NCBI GenBank assembly: GCA_040878325.1
Contig: JBBDMM010000010.1
Location: 1-64,000, forward strand
DNA length: 64,000 nt
Origin: Acidimicrobiia bacterium
Lineage (GTDB): Bacteria; Actinomycetota; Acidimicrobiia; Spongiisociales; UBA11373
Reading direction: 5' to 3'
How positions within the stretch are numbered: position 1 is the first letter of the stretch; every line of letters starts with the position of its first letter. Below are positions 37,607 to 47,448 of this stretch, one piece after another. The notes below the pieces were generated by a model, which had not been told where the DNA came from, searched no databases, and saw only the letters and a program-made list of their open reading frames with translations. Both the position numbers and the translations under genes were made by a program.

Positions 37607-39517
37607 ATGCGGAATGTCGCCGCGGCTGCCCTACTCATGGTCTTCGGGCAGGCGTGCTCCGGGACAACGGCCGAGACGGTGACGACCATCGTTCCTTCGG
37701 CGTCCACCGGTGGGTTGACCACGACCACCGATCTCGGTACGACGACGACGGAGATGTCGACCACCACTTTGGTAGCCATGGCGGACGACGGTTACCTGCC
37801 CGTTGGTGCCCTCGCACTGAGGCGGCAGTTTCCCGGGGGCGAGTCGCGGGGCGCGATCGTGCCCGACGCGACCTTGGCCGTCAGCGACGATCGGGTCCTC
37901 ATCGTCACCAACGACTTCTTGCGACTGTTCACCGACACCGGAACGCCGCTCGCTGATACCTCATTGAGGAGTTTCGCTCGCGCATCTTCCACCAGTGCCG
38001 TGGGCGACCCCCGATTGGTATTCGACCACACAAGTCGGAGGTTCTTCGTGGTCGTACAGGGTTTCGAACTGAACTGTCCGCCAGACGATTGTCTGTCGAC
38101 GCTCCACCTATTGGTGTCGAAGACGGAGAGCCCCGGTTCGCTCGGCAGCGCCGATTGGAACTCATTCGACCTTGACGCACGGCTCCGGCTGACCAGTGAG
38201 GGACCCCACGACAAGGCGCATTTCCCGGACTACCCGGCACTGGCTGTCAACGGTCCCTATGTCGTGATCGGGGTCCAGATGGAGCGCTTCTCCGACGAGC
38301 GAACCGAGTACCAGCTAATCAGGGTCCTCGACAAGGAGGTCCTCCTCGCCGGCGGCCCCGTCACCTCGTGGCGAGACTTCCCGCTTGAGAAGGGAGCCTG
38401 GGGCCCGGGTGCGTTCACTCAGAATCTGCTCCCGGCGAAGTACTCGAATCCCGCCGATGCCGCCGCGCCGTTCTTTCTCGCCGGCGTCGTCGGCGAGGGC
38501 ACCTGCGACCTCGTGTTGTTCGCCATCTCCGGCCCGCCGGGTGACCCCGACCTCACGGTTCGAACCGTCGAACTCCCTGGAGAGTGCGAGCGACCCGTCG
38601 ACGCCGAGCAGCCCGGTGACGCTCCGGCGGTGCTGATCGACCAGGCGTGGATCTCCGACCGTCCCGTATACCAGAGCGGGTATCTGTGGGTGGCCAGGGT
38701 GGTTGCCGTGGCACCGCCGAACGACCTGCGCTCGGCCATCAAGATCGTCCGGCTCGACGTTCGCGACTTTCCCGACCAGGTCGACCAGGTCGAGGAGTAC
38801 TTCCTTGAGGTGCCGGGCGCATGGCTCTCTTACCCGGCCCTTGAGGTCGATGACGAAGGCAATCTAGTGGTGGTGTTCGCCCAGTCGAGTCCCGATATGT
38901 ATCCCTCGGCGTTGTACACGGGACGGCTTGCCGACGACCCGCCCGGGGAGCTGCGCCCGCACGCGGTGCTCAAGCGGGGAGAGGCGAGCCAGAATCAGCT
39001 CGACGCGCTGGGCCGTAACAAGTACGGCGACTACTTCGGGGCAGCCCTTGACCCCGATGGTTCCGGGGTTTGGGTCCACGGCGAGTACGTGCTCTGCCAC
39101 GCTCGCTGGGGCACTTGGGTGGGATTCGTTGGATTCGAGGCCGCCACCATGGAGCTCGGTGTCGACTCCGTGGGCGTCGGCCCGCCCACTGACTGCGGGC
39201 CATCCATCAGTGGAAGGGTCGAGAGCCAGGCCATCGACGTCGCCGACGTCTTCGTGTTCGCCCACGGAGACGCCGGCGGGTACGGCGACGCCAATGCCAG
39301 GATCAACGGTGAGTTCATCCTGGATCTCCCGGCCGATCGGTATGTCATTTCCTTCTACACCCACTGCGGCCAGCCGGGCTTTCCGTGTTCTTCCTACCCC
39401 GACGAGGTGTTTCTCGGCTATTACAGCGAGGCCGGTCTTGTGCGTTCGCTCGCAGAGGCGACTCCGATCACAGTGATCGACCGAGAGGTCGCGGGGCTAG
39501 TGGTGGAACTGCCGTAG
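37607..39517 (+). CDS. Large extracellular lipoprotein (possible beta-propeller plus Ig-like domain)
   Basis: Lipobox GQAC, Thr-rich linker, GDPR, DYPAL, YGDYFG motifs. Confidence 0.75.
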   Translation: MRNVAAAALLMVFGQACSGTTAETVTTIVPSASTGGLTTTTDLGTTTTEMSTTTLVAMADDGYLPVGALALRRQFPGGESRGAIVPDATLAVSDDRVLIVTNDFLRLFTDTGTPLADTSLRSFARASSTSAVGDPRLVFDHTSRRFFVVVQGFELNCPPDDCLSTLHLLVSKTESPGSLGSADWNSFDLDARLRLTSEGPHDKAHFPDYPALAVNGPYVVIGVQMERFSDERTEYQLIRVLDKEVLLAGGPVTSWRDFPLEKGAWGPGAFTQNLLPAKYSNPADAAAPFFLAGVVGEGTCDLVLFAISGPPGDPDLTVRTVELPGECERPVDAEQPGDAPAVLIDQAWISDRPVYQSGYLWVARVVAVAPPNDLRSAIKIVRLDVRDFPDQVDQVEEYFLEVPGAWLSYPALEVDDEGNLVVVFAQSSPDMYPSALYTGRLADDPPGELRPHAVLKRGEASQNQLDALGRNKYGDYFGAALDPDGSGVWVHGEYVLCHARWGTWVGFVGFEAATMELGVDSVGVGPPTDCGPSISGRVESQAIDVADVFVFAHGDAGGYGDANARINGEFILDLPADRYVISFYTHCGQPGFPCSSYPDEVFLGYYSEAGLVRSLAEATPITVIDREVAGLVVELP

Positions 39518-39540
39518 CGGGAGGTTCCGCCCCTACCGTG

Positions 39541-39599
39541 GCGCCGGGGCAGTGGTGGCCTGGGTGCTGGCCAACGAGATGGGCGGATATCGGGGCTGA
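39541..39599 (+). repeat. 59-bp direct repeat, copy 2
   Basis: GCGCCGGGGCAGTGGTGGCCTGGGTGCTGGCCAACGAGATGGGCGGATATCGGGGCTGA. Confidence 0.9.
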
Positions 39600-39630
39600 C
39601 CCCGGCCCGGCGACCGTTGATGCCCGCGGA

Positions 39631-41598
39631 TCAGTGCCAGTCGACGACGTGGACGCCGATCGGGTCGGCGATCCCCTTGAGGTCGACGGTACGGGCCTCA
39701 CTCAACGGGAAGGGGATGGTTCCCGCCGCTTCCACCGTGTCGGCCGAGGCGAGGATCTCATCGCCCCCCGCCAGGGATCCCACCCGGGCGGCGGCGTGGA
39801 CCCCGTGCCCCGAGTAGTCTGTCCCCTGGCGGGTGGCCTCGGCAAGATGCATTCCGATGCGCACCGACGGGGCGAATCCGTGCTCGCGACGGTGAGCCGC
39901 CAGCCGTCGCTGGATGGCGACGGCGCTGTCGATGGCCTTCCGGGCGTCGTCGAACGATGCAAAGAACCCGTCCCCGGTGTGCCGCACCACCTCGCCACCG
40001 GCGCTCTCGATCTCGTGACGCAGCACCCGGTCGTGCCAGGTGAGCAGTTCCTCCCAGGCGGCATCGCCGATGAGTCCGATCAGGTCGGTGGAGGTGACGA
40101 TGTCACTGAAGACGAAGGTCTTGAGGACCCGGCGGCGGGTCGACTCCTGCGTCTGGATGCCGACCGTGGCACCCAGGTTGTCGAGGCCGCGAAGATCGGC
40201 GGCGGCTCCCAACTGCTCGAAGGTCGAGCGGGCCGAGCGGAATTCGAGCATCGCCCCGGTCTCGTCACCGGCGGCACGGCGTGCCCGCCCCAGCATGGTG
40301 CGGGCGAGGGCGGCCTCGTACGGCAGGTCGATCTCCTGCCACAACCGCCACGCCTGCCCGAGCGACTCCGTGGCGGCGCCAGGCTCGTCATCGTGGAGCT
40401 GCACCGATCCCCGGCAGGTGAGCGCCGTCGCCCGCCACGCCGGGCTCTCGAAGGGTTCCGTCAACCTCTCCAGCGTGGCGACCTCTGCCCGGGCGGTCTC
40501 GAGGTCGCCCGCCGCCAGGGCGATCTCCACCCGGGCCGGCAACAGCGAGGCGCGGCGCAGGGCCGCGGTGGTCTCAGCACCGCCGACGGCGCTGAGCGCC
40601 CCGACGATGGCCCGCTCCGCCTCTTCGAGCTTGCCCTGGTCGCGCATGAGCAGGGCATACCCGGGCTGGGCGGAATGGCCTCGCTCGTATGCCTCCATGT
40701 AGGCCTGCTCCGCTCCCTCGATGTCGCCCATGCGACGCCTCACCTCGCCGATCTCATAGTGGGCGGAGCCGATTGCATCGTTGAGCCGGAACCGTTCCAG
40801 CTCGGCGCAGGCGGTCCGGGCTTCCCGCTCGGCCTCCGGCCAGGACCCGTGGAGCCGCTTCAACTCGGCGCGATGGACCTGGCATACGCCGGGGTAGCCG
40901 CCCACCGAATGGGTGCGCATCCACCGTTCGGCCTCCTCGGTCCACTCGCCAGCCCGGCGGTAATCGGCGAGGTTGCGGCAGGCGGCGATGGTGTTGCAGT
41001 AGACGTCGCTGGTGGCGCGGAGATCCTCCTCCTGGGACATCGCCATCACCGCGGCCTCGTCGATGACCCGGATCCCCTCGCGCCAGTCGCCGCCTTCGAT
41101 CAGGCCGTAGCCCTTGAAGCTCATCGCCATCGACTGCAGCCCGCGGACCCCCTGGCGTCGGGCGATCGCGATGGCCTCCTCGGCGGCCTCGATGCCCCGC
41201 TCGAAGTCGCTCCCCATGATCAGGGCGCCGGCGGCGTGGAGCAGCTTCACCCAGCCGTGCCCCGTCGATTCGGGTTGGCCCTCGACGAGACTCTCGGCGC
41301 GAGCCATCCAGCCGGCGCCGACCGACTCCTTGAGCCGGCGGAAAGCGAGGTAGGAGAGCAGGGCGGCTACCGCCGCCGCGTCGGTGGGACGCTCCTCGGC
41401 GATGAACGCGGAGTAGGCGCGTTCGAAGGTGGCGACCGCCTCGTCGGTGTGAGCGCTCCACCACAGGGCATCGCCGAGCGCCACGAGGTCATCGGGGCTG
41501 AGGCCCTCATCGTGATCGGCCTTCGAGAGCGCCTCACGGGCCTCGTCCCAGTCGTGCCTCTTGATGGCTTCCCGCCCCTGAGCAACGAGATCGGGCAT
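39631..41598 (-). CDS. TPR (MalT-like) repeat protein fused to a class III adenylate/guanylate cyclase domain
   Basis: Helical repeats, then TFVFSDIVTST, TGDGFF, VRIGMH, HAAARV. Confidence 0.88.
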   Translation of the reverse strand: MPDLVAQGREAIKRHDWDEAREALSKADHDEGLSPDDLVALGDALWWSAHTDEAVATFERAYSAFIAEERPTDAAAVAALLSYLAFRRLKESVGAGWMARAESLVEGQPESTGHGWVKLLHAAGALIMGSDFERGIEAAEEAIAIARRQGVRGLQSMAMSFKGYGLIEGGDWREGIRVIDEAAVMAMSQEEDLRATSDVYCNTIAACRNLADYRRAGEWTEEAERWMRTHSVGGYPGVCQVHRAELKRLHGSWPEAEREARTACAELERFRLNDAIGSAHYEIGEVRRRMGDIEGAEQAYMEAYERGHSAQPGYALLMRDQGKLEEAERAIVGALSAVGGAETTAALRRASLLPARVEIALAAGDLETARAEVATLERLTEPFESPAWRATALTCRGSVQLHDDEPGAATESLGQAWRLWQEIDLPYEAALARTMLGRARRAAGDETGAMLEFRSARSTFEQLGAAADLRGLDNLGATVGIQTQESTRRRVLKTFVFSDIVTSTDLIGLIGDAAWEELLTWHDRVLRHEIESAGGEVVRHTGDGFFASFDDARKAIDSAVAIQRRLAAHRREHGFAPSVRIGMHLAEATRQGTDYSGHGVHAAARVGSLAGGDEILASADTVEAAGTIPFPLSEARTVDLKGIADPIGVHVVDWH

Positions 41599-41859
41599 TC
41601 CACCCCCTCGGGCGAGCGACAAGCCGAGGTTAGTCGTAGGTGGTTCCTGTCCGGGTTCGGTCGACGCCAACGGCTCGCCCGACGATTGTCGACGGGCGAC
41701 GAACGACCATGCCGAACGCACCGGGGGGATGGGCCCGACACTCACAGCGAGGGCCGCCGCTTCGCGAGACTGCTGGGGAAGACGGCGGCGGGCTTCGCTC
41801 GAACTGGCCTCGTCCCTTTCACGGGCATCGAGGCCCTCGTTTTCGTAGACTCCCGATCC

Positions 41860-43047
41860 ATGTCTCGCCGCGCGGCCCTGCTGCTCACCGTCCTCGGTCT
41901 GCTGGCAGCGGCGGTGCCCGCCGCCGTCGCCGGCCACGAGCCCCTGCGGCTCACCGAGGGGGAGTGGTCGGGGACGCTCACCTTCATGGCCGGGCTGAGC
42001 GGGGAGGTCGGGGAGGAGGGGCGCGTTTCGGTGGACGGCTACCAGATCGGCGACTTCCATCTCGAGGTCATCGCCGAGGAGGTCACCGGCCTCTACGCGT
42101 TGTCCGGCAGCGCCGGTGCCGAACTCAGCGGCCCCGGGCTGGCGGCCACTGGCCGCGGAACCTTCACCGGCTTCGGCAACGTGCTGGGAACCGCGGAGGT
42201 GCCGGTGCTCCACCTCACCGGGGGCACGGTGACCGTGGTGGTCGAGACGGGCTCGACGTCGGTGACCCAGGACGTCGACGTCTCCGGCCTGGTTCCCCCA
42301 ACCGAGCTGGAGATCGAACGCCTCCATTGCGGGGTCGCCTCGGGTAGCTGGGGGGGCGAGGTGTTCATCAGCAACGTCTCGGCGGCGGGGCTGACCCCCC
42401 GGGTCCGCCAGGGCTCGTTCACGGCGTTCGAGGTCGACCGGGTCACCCAGGACCAGATCGATGAGCTGCAGGAGGCTTTGGGGGACTGGTTCCGCGACTG
42501 GGGCGACACGCTCTTCGGCCCCGGTACGGGCGCCACCTCGGACGTTGGTGGCCTCCCCGCTGTCAACACGGAGGCCCTGATGGCTCGGATGGTGAGTGCG
42601 GTAGAGACCCTCAACAAATTCCAGAACCTCAAGGAGTGCGCCCGGGAGTTGATCGGTGAGGATCAGATCGAGGAATGGGAGAGCGGGATCGCCGGGTTCA
42701 TCGCCATGTCGATCCAGGCGATCCTCTCACAGAGCGACGCCTCGGCGTACCGGGTAGACGTACTCACGCGGGTCGCCGCCGCCACCGGGGCGATCGGCGA
42801 AGGATCGCCGTTCCCCGAGACCGCCGTCACCACCGAGGAGATGCTCCGCCTCGAGGCCGAGGAGATTCTTCAGGCGAATGCGGTGACCGACGGCACCGAC
42901 GCCGCCGGCAACCCGTGCAGCGAGGTGGCGCCCTGCCTCACCGACGACCCCGACGTGACCCTGATGGTGACCCGGGGGGCGCGCATGGGCTGGGACTACA
43001 CCCTGGGCGGGGAGACGAGGCCGGCGACCGGATGGGCCTCGGCATGA
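41860..43047 (+). CDS. Secreted hypothetical protein
   Basis: Signal peptide MSRRAALLLTVLGLLAAAVPAAVA; beta-rich N half and helical C half. Confidence 0.7.
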   Translation: MSRRAALLLTVLGLLAAAVPAAVAGHEPLRLTEGEWSGTLTFMAGLSGEVGEEGRVSVDGYQIGDFHLEVIAEEVTGLYALSGSAGAELSGPGLAATGRGTFTGFGNVLGTAEVPVLHLTGGTVTVVVETGSTSVTQDVDVSGLVPPTELEIERLHCGVASGSWGGEVFISNVSAAGLTPRVRQGSFTAFEVDRVTQDQIDELQEALGDWFRDWGDTLFGPGTGATSDVGGLPAVNTEALMARMVSAVETLNKFQNLKECARELIGEDQIEEWESGIAGFIAMSIQAILSQSDASAYRVDVLTRVAAATGAIGEGSPFPETAVTTEEMLRLEAEEILQANAVTDGTDAAGNPCSEVAPCLTDDPDVTLMVTRGARMGWDYTLGGETRPATGWASA

Positions 43048-43511
43048 CCCGCCTCGGCGCCCTGGTGCTGGTGGCGGCGCTGCTATCGGGCTGCGGGGAC
43101 GACGGGGCGACGACCTTCCCCGGAACCGCCGGCACCACCGCGGCGACGACGAGCACGAGCACCGCGGGCGACGAGCCCGGGGACGAGCCCGCGGCAAACC
43201 TGCCCGCCGTGCTCGGCCTGCAGGAGATCACCCTGCTCACGGCGACCAGCGGGGTGGGCATCCGCCCCATCCTGGAGTGGGAGGCGGTCGACGGCGCCGT
43301 CGGCTACGAGGTGGCGCTCAACGCACCGGGCGGCAGCATCTACTGGGCAGGGTGGGCCACCGGTACCAGCATCCCGGTGGGCGGTGAACCCCTGATCGAC
43401 CCGGCCTTCTCCGGCCCGAGCGTATCCGCGGGGATGACCTGGAGCGTCGCCGCCTACGACGCCAGCGGGTACTTGGTGGCGGTCAGTGCGATGAGGCCGA
43501 TCTCGCCCTGA
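43044..43511 (+). CDS. Hypothetical lipoprotein
   Basis: Lipobox LSGC, Thr-rich linker; ATGA overlap with the previous gene. Confidence 0.75.
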   Translation: MTRLGALVLVAALLSGCGDDGATTFPGTAGTTAATTSTSTAGDEPGDEPAANLPAVLGLQEITLLTATSGVGIRPILEWEAVDGAVGYEVALNAPGGSIYWAGWATGTSIPVGGEPLIDPAFSGPSVSAGMTWSVAAYDASGYLVAVSAMRPISP

Positions 43512-43622
43512 GCCAGCGGTCGGGCCTCCGTCGGCCTCGCCCCAGGGCCCGGGGGAGTGAGGTCGCTTGGATCTCGGCGGACCGCGTGCGGCCTGTCGAG
43601 TCTTGAAACTACCGTTCCCGGC

Positions 43623-45596
43623 GTGACCGTCACCGGGGTCCGGCGCCGTCTCCATTCGATTGCCGCCGTCGTCGTCTTCGCCGTGGCGATGGGGGGCGTG
43701 TCTTTGCCTTTCTTCAAGGGCGAGTTGTTCGGGGCCATCTGGCTGGTCATGGTGGCTTTCTGCCTGCTCGGAGCCCTGGTGCTGTGGCGGCGGCCCGGGA
43801 ACCCGATCGGGTGGGTCTTCGCGGGCATGGGCGTCAGCGGCCTGATGGCGGGGTTTGCGCCGGAGGGGGGCGTCGGCGAGCTGTTCGGCGGCTTCGGCTG
43901 GGTTACTTTCATGTTCCTCACGGTCGCCATAGTCCCCATGCTCTTTCCCTCGGGGCGGACCTTGTCCCCTCGCTGGCGACGGGTTCTCTATGCCGCCCTG
44001 GGGTTATACGCCTGCTTCGCGTTCCTCTGGATCTTCCACGATCAAGTGTGCGCCGAGTGGGCGTCTGACGGGGAAGATTGTGTGCGCACGGTGGACAACC
44101 CGATCGGCATTGCGGGCATCGATAATCCGGAGTCCTCCCTGCCGGGGGCGATTCTCGGTGTGGGTCTCCTCGGAGTCGTCCTCGCCGGCTTGGTCTCGTT
44201 GGGTATACGCCTCCGCCGGGCTCGCGGGGTCGAGCGACAGCAGCTGAAGTGGCTGCTTCTTGCCATCGGGGCTCTAGTGGGGTTCATCGTGTTGGTCGAC
44301 GTGGTAGCGATCGACCTGCTCGGGTTGCCGGTGCCCGCTGCCGCCTACAGCGTGATCGAAGCCGCAGTCTGGCTTGGGCTGCCGGCGGCGGCCGGTATCT
44401 CGATCTTTCGCTACGGGCTGTACGACATCGACCGCATCATCAGCCGCACCGTGGCCTACGCCATCCTCGTGGCCACCCTCACCGCCGCCTACGTGGCAGC
44501 CGTGGTCGGCATCGGCGCCCTCGTCGATCTGTGGGGCCCGTCTCCGGAGCAACTCGACTTCAACCTGCCCGTCGTGGCCACCGCGCTGGTGGCGCTGGCG
44601 TTCCACCCGCTGCGGGAACGGGCTCGGGGCCTCGCCAACCGCCTCGTGTACGGGAAGCGCCGCACCCCCTATGAGGCTCTCGCCGGCGTGGGCGGCGGCT
44701 CGCTCGAAGAGGTGCTTCCCCAGATCGCCCGGTTGGCCACCGAGGCCACCGCCGCCCGCCGGGCGATGGTGTGGCTGTCGAACGGGGTCGAACTACGCCC
44801 CGCCGCCGCCTTCCCCGACGAGGGTCTGTTGCCGGCGGCGGTGCCGCTCGAGGCGGGCGAGCCCCCGGCCCGCCTCGGCGGGGGGCACGGCTTCGCGCTG
44901 ACCCATCAAGATGACCTGCTCGGGGCGATCTCCGTTTACGTCGCCCCGGGCGAGGAGTTGGCGGCCGATGACAGCCGGCTGCTGTCCGACCTGGCCTCCC
45001 ATGCAGCGGTGACGCTGCGGGGGCTGCTCGACGCCGCCCCCCTCCCCACGGGGATCGTCACCTTCTTGATGACCGACATCGAAGGCTCCACCCGGCTATG
45101 GGAGGAGGATCCGGATGCCATGGGGCTGGCGCTGCGAGACCACGACCTGCTGGTGCGGCAGACGGTGACGGGTGGGGGAGGCATGCTCATCAAGTGGAGG
45201 GGTGAGGGCGACAGCACCTTCTCGGTGTTCACCGATGCGGCGGGGGCGATCGTGACGGCGCTGGCGCTGCAGGAGGCGCTGCGCACCCACCAATGGCCTA
45301 CACCCCGCCCCGTCTCGATCCGCGCCGCCCTCCACACCGGCGAGGCCGAGTTGCGTGAGCGCGACTACTTCGGCCAGACCGTCAACCGCTGCGCCCGCCT
45401 CCGCGCCATCGCCGTCGGAGGCCAGACGCTGGTATCAGCGGCCACCCGGGAACTATCCCGGGAGTCCCTGCCGAACACGGTGACCCTGCGCGACCTGGGC
45501 GAGCGCCCCTTGAAGGACATGAGCGAACCGGAACGGGTGTACGAGGTGGTGGGGGTGGGAGGTGGGGTGTCTACCACCGGTGGTGTTCTGTCCTGA
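43623..45596 (+). CDS. Multi-TM sensor plus GAF-like domain plus class III adenylate/guanylate cyclase
   Basis: About 9 TM segments; TFLMTDIEGST, GEGDS, RAALHTGE, DYFGQTVNRCAR; start approximate. Confidence 0.85.
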   Translation: MTVTGVRRRLHSIAAVVVFAVAMGGVSLPFFKGELFGAIWLVMVAFCLLGALVLWRRPGNPIGWVFAGMGVSGLMAGFAPEGGVGELFGGFGWVTFMFLTVAIVPMLFPSGRTLSPRWRRVLYAALGLYACFAFLWIFHDQVCAEWASDGEDCVRTVDNPIGIAGIDNPESSLPGAILGVGLLGVVLAGLVSLGIRLRRARGVERQQLKWLLLAIGALVGFIVLVDVVAIDLLGLPVPAAAYSVIEAAVWLGLPAAAGISIFRYGLYDIDRIISRTVAYAILVATLTAAYVAAVVGIGALVDLWGPSPEQLDFNLPVVATALVALAFHPLRERARGLANRLVYGKRRTPYEALAGVGGGSLEEVLPQIARLATEATAARRAMVWLSNGVELRPAAAFPDEGLLPAAVPLEAGEPPARLGGGHGFALTHQDDLLGAISVYVAPGEELAADDSRLLSDLASHAAVTLRGLLDAAPLPTGIVTFLMTDIEGSTRLWEEDPDAMGLALRDHDLLVRQTVTGGGGMLIKWRGEGDSTFSVFTDAAGAIVTALALQEALRTHQWPTPRPVSIRAALHTGEAELRERDYFGQTVNRCARLRAIAVGGQTLVSAATRELSRESLPNTVTLRDLGERPLKDMSEPERVYEVVGVGGGVSTTGGVLS

Positions 45597-45617
45597 GCAG
45601 GGGAAGGACCAAAGGGC

Positions 45618-45745
45618 GGGGACTGCAGCACCCGGGGGAGGAGCCCCGAGATCAGTACACCCACAGCGAGAACGACTACTCGGCCAAGCTGCTCGGTCAA
45701 TACGACGGTGGGTTCCGCCCCGTGCCAGATTGGCTCATCTACTGA
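45618..45745 (+). pseudogene. Degenerate fragment homologous to the internal YTHSE..SAKLLG region of the gene at 35712-37487
   Basis: TACACCCACAGCGAG (45656-45670 = 36441-36455) and TCGGCCAAGCTGCT (45680-45693 = 36465-36478) are exact, with identical spacing. Confidence 0.7.
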
Positions 45746-45868
45746 GATTGCGGACTAATATCATTGTGATTGTTGCTCTCATCCCCCATGAGAGCGATTG
45801 TCACGAAGATCCGAGCAGCTGAATGTGCAATCCTTTGCGTGTCAACGAATCGCAAGGAGGTACAGGTC

Positions 45869-46216
45869 GTGTTCCCCACCCGCCACGCAATCCAGAGATT
45901 TCAGGAACGAGTTGCACCAGTGACAGCGGCCGAGGCTGCCCGACGCATCCGGGAGGCCGCCGCCTCGGCAACGATCCGCACCCGTCCGAGATGGTGGACG
46001 CCCGTGGCGCCCGCGGCCGGCATCCGCTTCGCGTACCCGCACACTCTGCCGGGAGTCTGCTTGCTGATCCGCGAAGACGCGGTCATCACCATCTTTGAGC
46101 GCCGTAGCTGCCGGAGGTGGCATGCCAGCCGGGCCGATAGTCTCGAGTCGGCAGCCGGCCGCTCCCAGCCATATCGGCGAGCGGCCCCTGGGCAACGCCT
46201 CGAGGAGGCCGCATGA
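45869..46216 (+). CDS. Small protein with a T-x-HA-xx-R-xx-ER motif (BECR/RelE-like ribonuclease fold suspected)
   Basis: AGGAGG RBS; PTRHAIQRFQER and C-terminal LLIREDAVITI; ATGA overlap with the next gene. Confidence 0.65.
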   Translation: MFPTRHAIQRFQERVAPVTAAEAARRIREAAASATIRTRPRWWTPVAPAAGIRFAYPHTLPGVCLLIREDAVITIFERRSCRRWHASRADSLESAAGRSQPYRRAAPGQRLEEAA

Positions 46217-47448
46217 GCGTCGGAGGTTCGGGGATTCCCCGGCTGCAGGACCTTTCATACCTTGAGGCGGCGATGGAGGCCCTGTCACGAGGGGCGACAT
46301 TCGGAGAAGTCCGCATAGCCCTTGTTGATTGGGCGCGTGATCTTGAGCGCGCGGCGGACTTCGAAGGCTCGTTCTCGGAGAAGAAGTGGGAGGGGGTCCG
46401 AGCCGACGCAACCCAGTATGTCCACAACGTGGTCGACGTCCTCAAGGAGGGAGTTCGATTGGGATGGATCGAGAAGCCATCTCAGAGCCTGCCCTCAACG
46501 CCGCGCTCCGCCTATCTGCACCTCGCCGACAGGTTCAACCTGCGCCCAGCCGGGGAGCAATGGGTCGCTCTGTTACGCGCTAACAGGCGTGCCGCTTACG
46601 ACCATCTGGTGGGGTTGCTCCTCGACGTTCATCCACAGTTTGAAGGATTCCTCCGAGCGGTCGGTGCCCGCGAGGACTCCACCGCACCTTCGATGACGGT
46701 GCCACTGCTCCGGTGGGACCGACATGAGCACGAGGCGGTCTATCTGGACAACTTGATCAGCGTGACTCAAGCCGCTGTCGCGGCCGGTTCTGTCGGCTGG
46801 TCCGTTCCACCCTCTCGGATCGAGGAGTCAATTCGATCGTATGTGACCCGAATCGCACAGCGCCGTGAGGCTCGTGGCAAGCCCCAGACACGCCGCGGGT
46901 TCCTCAAGACTTGTGAGGAAGCGGCGACGAAGTGCGCCTTCGCTGGGGCGGGCGTTCGACTCGACTACGTCAGCATGGAGCTGCTGAGGCGTTGGACGAA
47001 ATTTCTCGGCCTTGCGGACTTCACATACCACGCTCCTGAGCCGTACGCCCTGCGCTTCTGGGCGACCTCATCGGTCTTGTCGGCAGGCGTTGGAACGGCG
47101 ATCGCGCGGCGCGTTGGCTCTGAGATCCGCGGGGGAGTGCTAAGAGCCACCATCGAAGCCTGGAACGAGCGGCGAAGCCTGCCAGGTGCAGCGATGTATG
47201 CGCCCGTGTGGGAGTTGCGCGCTGCTGTTTGCTGGCGGATGAGGATCAGTGACACGGAGTGGGACAAGGCGATTTCGGAGCTTGTCCACGGCGGACATGC
47301 TGATGTCGGGTACAAGATCCACCTCGACCGGGCGAGCCTCGGGGCCGTGCCCGGCTCAACCAGACCGCTCGTGATACCGACCGCAGCCGGACAACTCCGT
47401 GTGTACAACGTTATGACCGTGGTCGCGGACCAAAAGGAGAAGAAATGA
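46213..47448 (+). CDS. Hypothetical protein with predicted winged-helix domains
   Basis: LKEGVRLGWIE..FNLRPAG wing-like motif; C-terminal PVWELRAAVCWRMRIS helix motif; translationally coupled. Confidence 0.7.
   Translation: MSVGGSGIPRLQDLSYLEAAMEALSRGATFGEVRIALVDWARDLERAADFEGSFSEKKWEGVRADATQYVHNVVDVLKEGVRLGWIEKPSQSLPSTPRSAYLHLADRFNLRPAGEQWVALLRANRRAAYDHLVGLLLDVHPQFEGFLRAVGAREDSTAPSMTVPLLRWDRHEHEAVYLDNLISVTQAAVAAGSVGWSVPPSRIEESIRSYVTRIAQRREARGKPQTRRGFLKTCEEAATKCAFAGAGVRLDYVSMELLRRWTKFLGLADFTYHAPEPYALRFWATSSVLSAGVGTAIARRVGSEIRGGVLRATIEAWNERRSLPGAAMYAPVWELRAAVCWRMRISDTEWDKAISELVHGGHADVGYKIHLDRASLGAVPGSTRPLVIPTAAGQLRVYNVMTVVADQKEKK

Noticed and set aside
39385..41859. First two thirds of the 1220-aa ORF and other long antisense ORFs (e.g. 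6857-9229, 26811-28748)
   Set aside because: High-GC shadow frames of well-supported genes on the other strand or frame
45618..45745. DGR template/variable repeat pair with 36400-36520
   Set aside because: Mismatches are not confined to adenines, an indel is present, and there is no reverse transcriptase in the window
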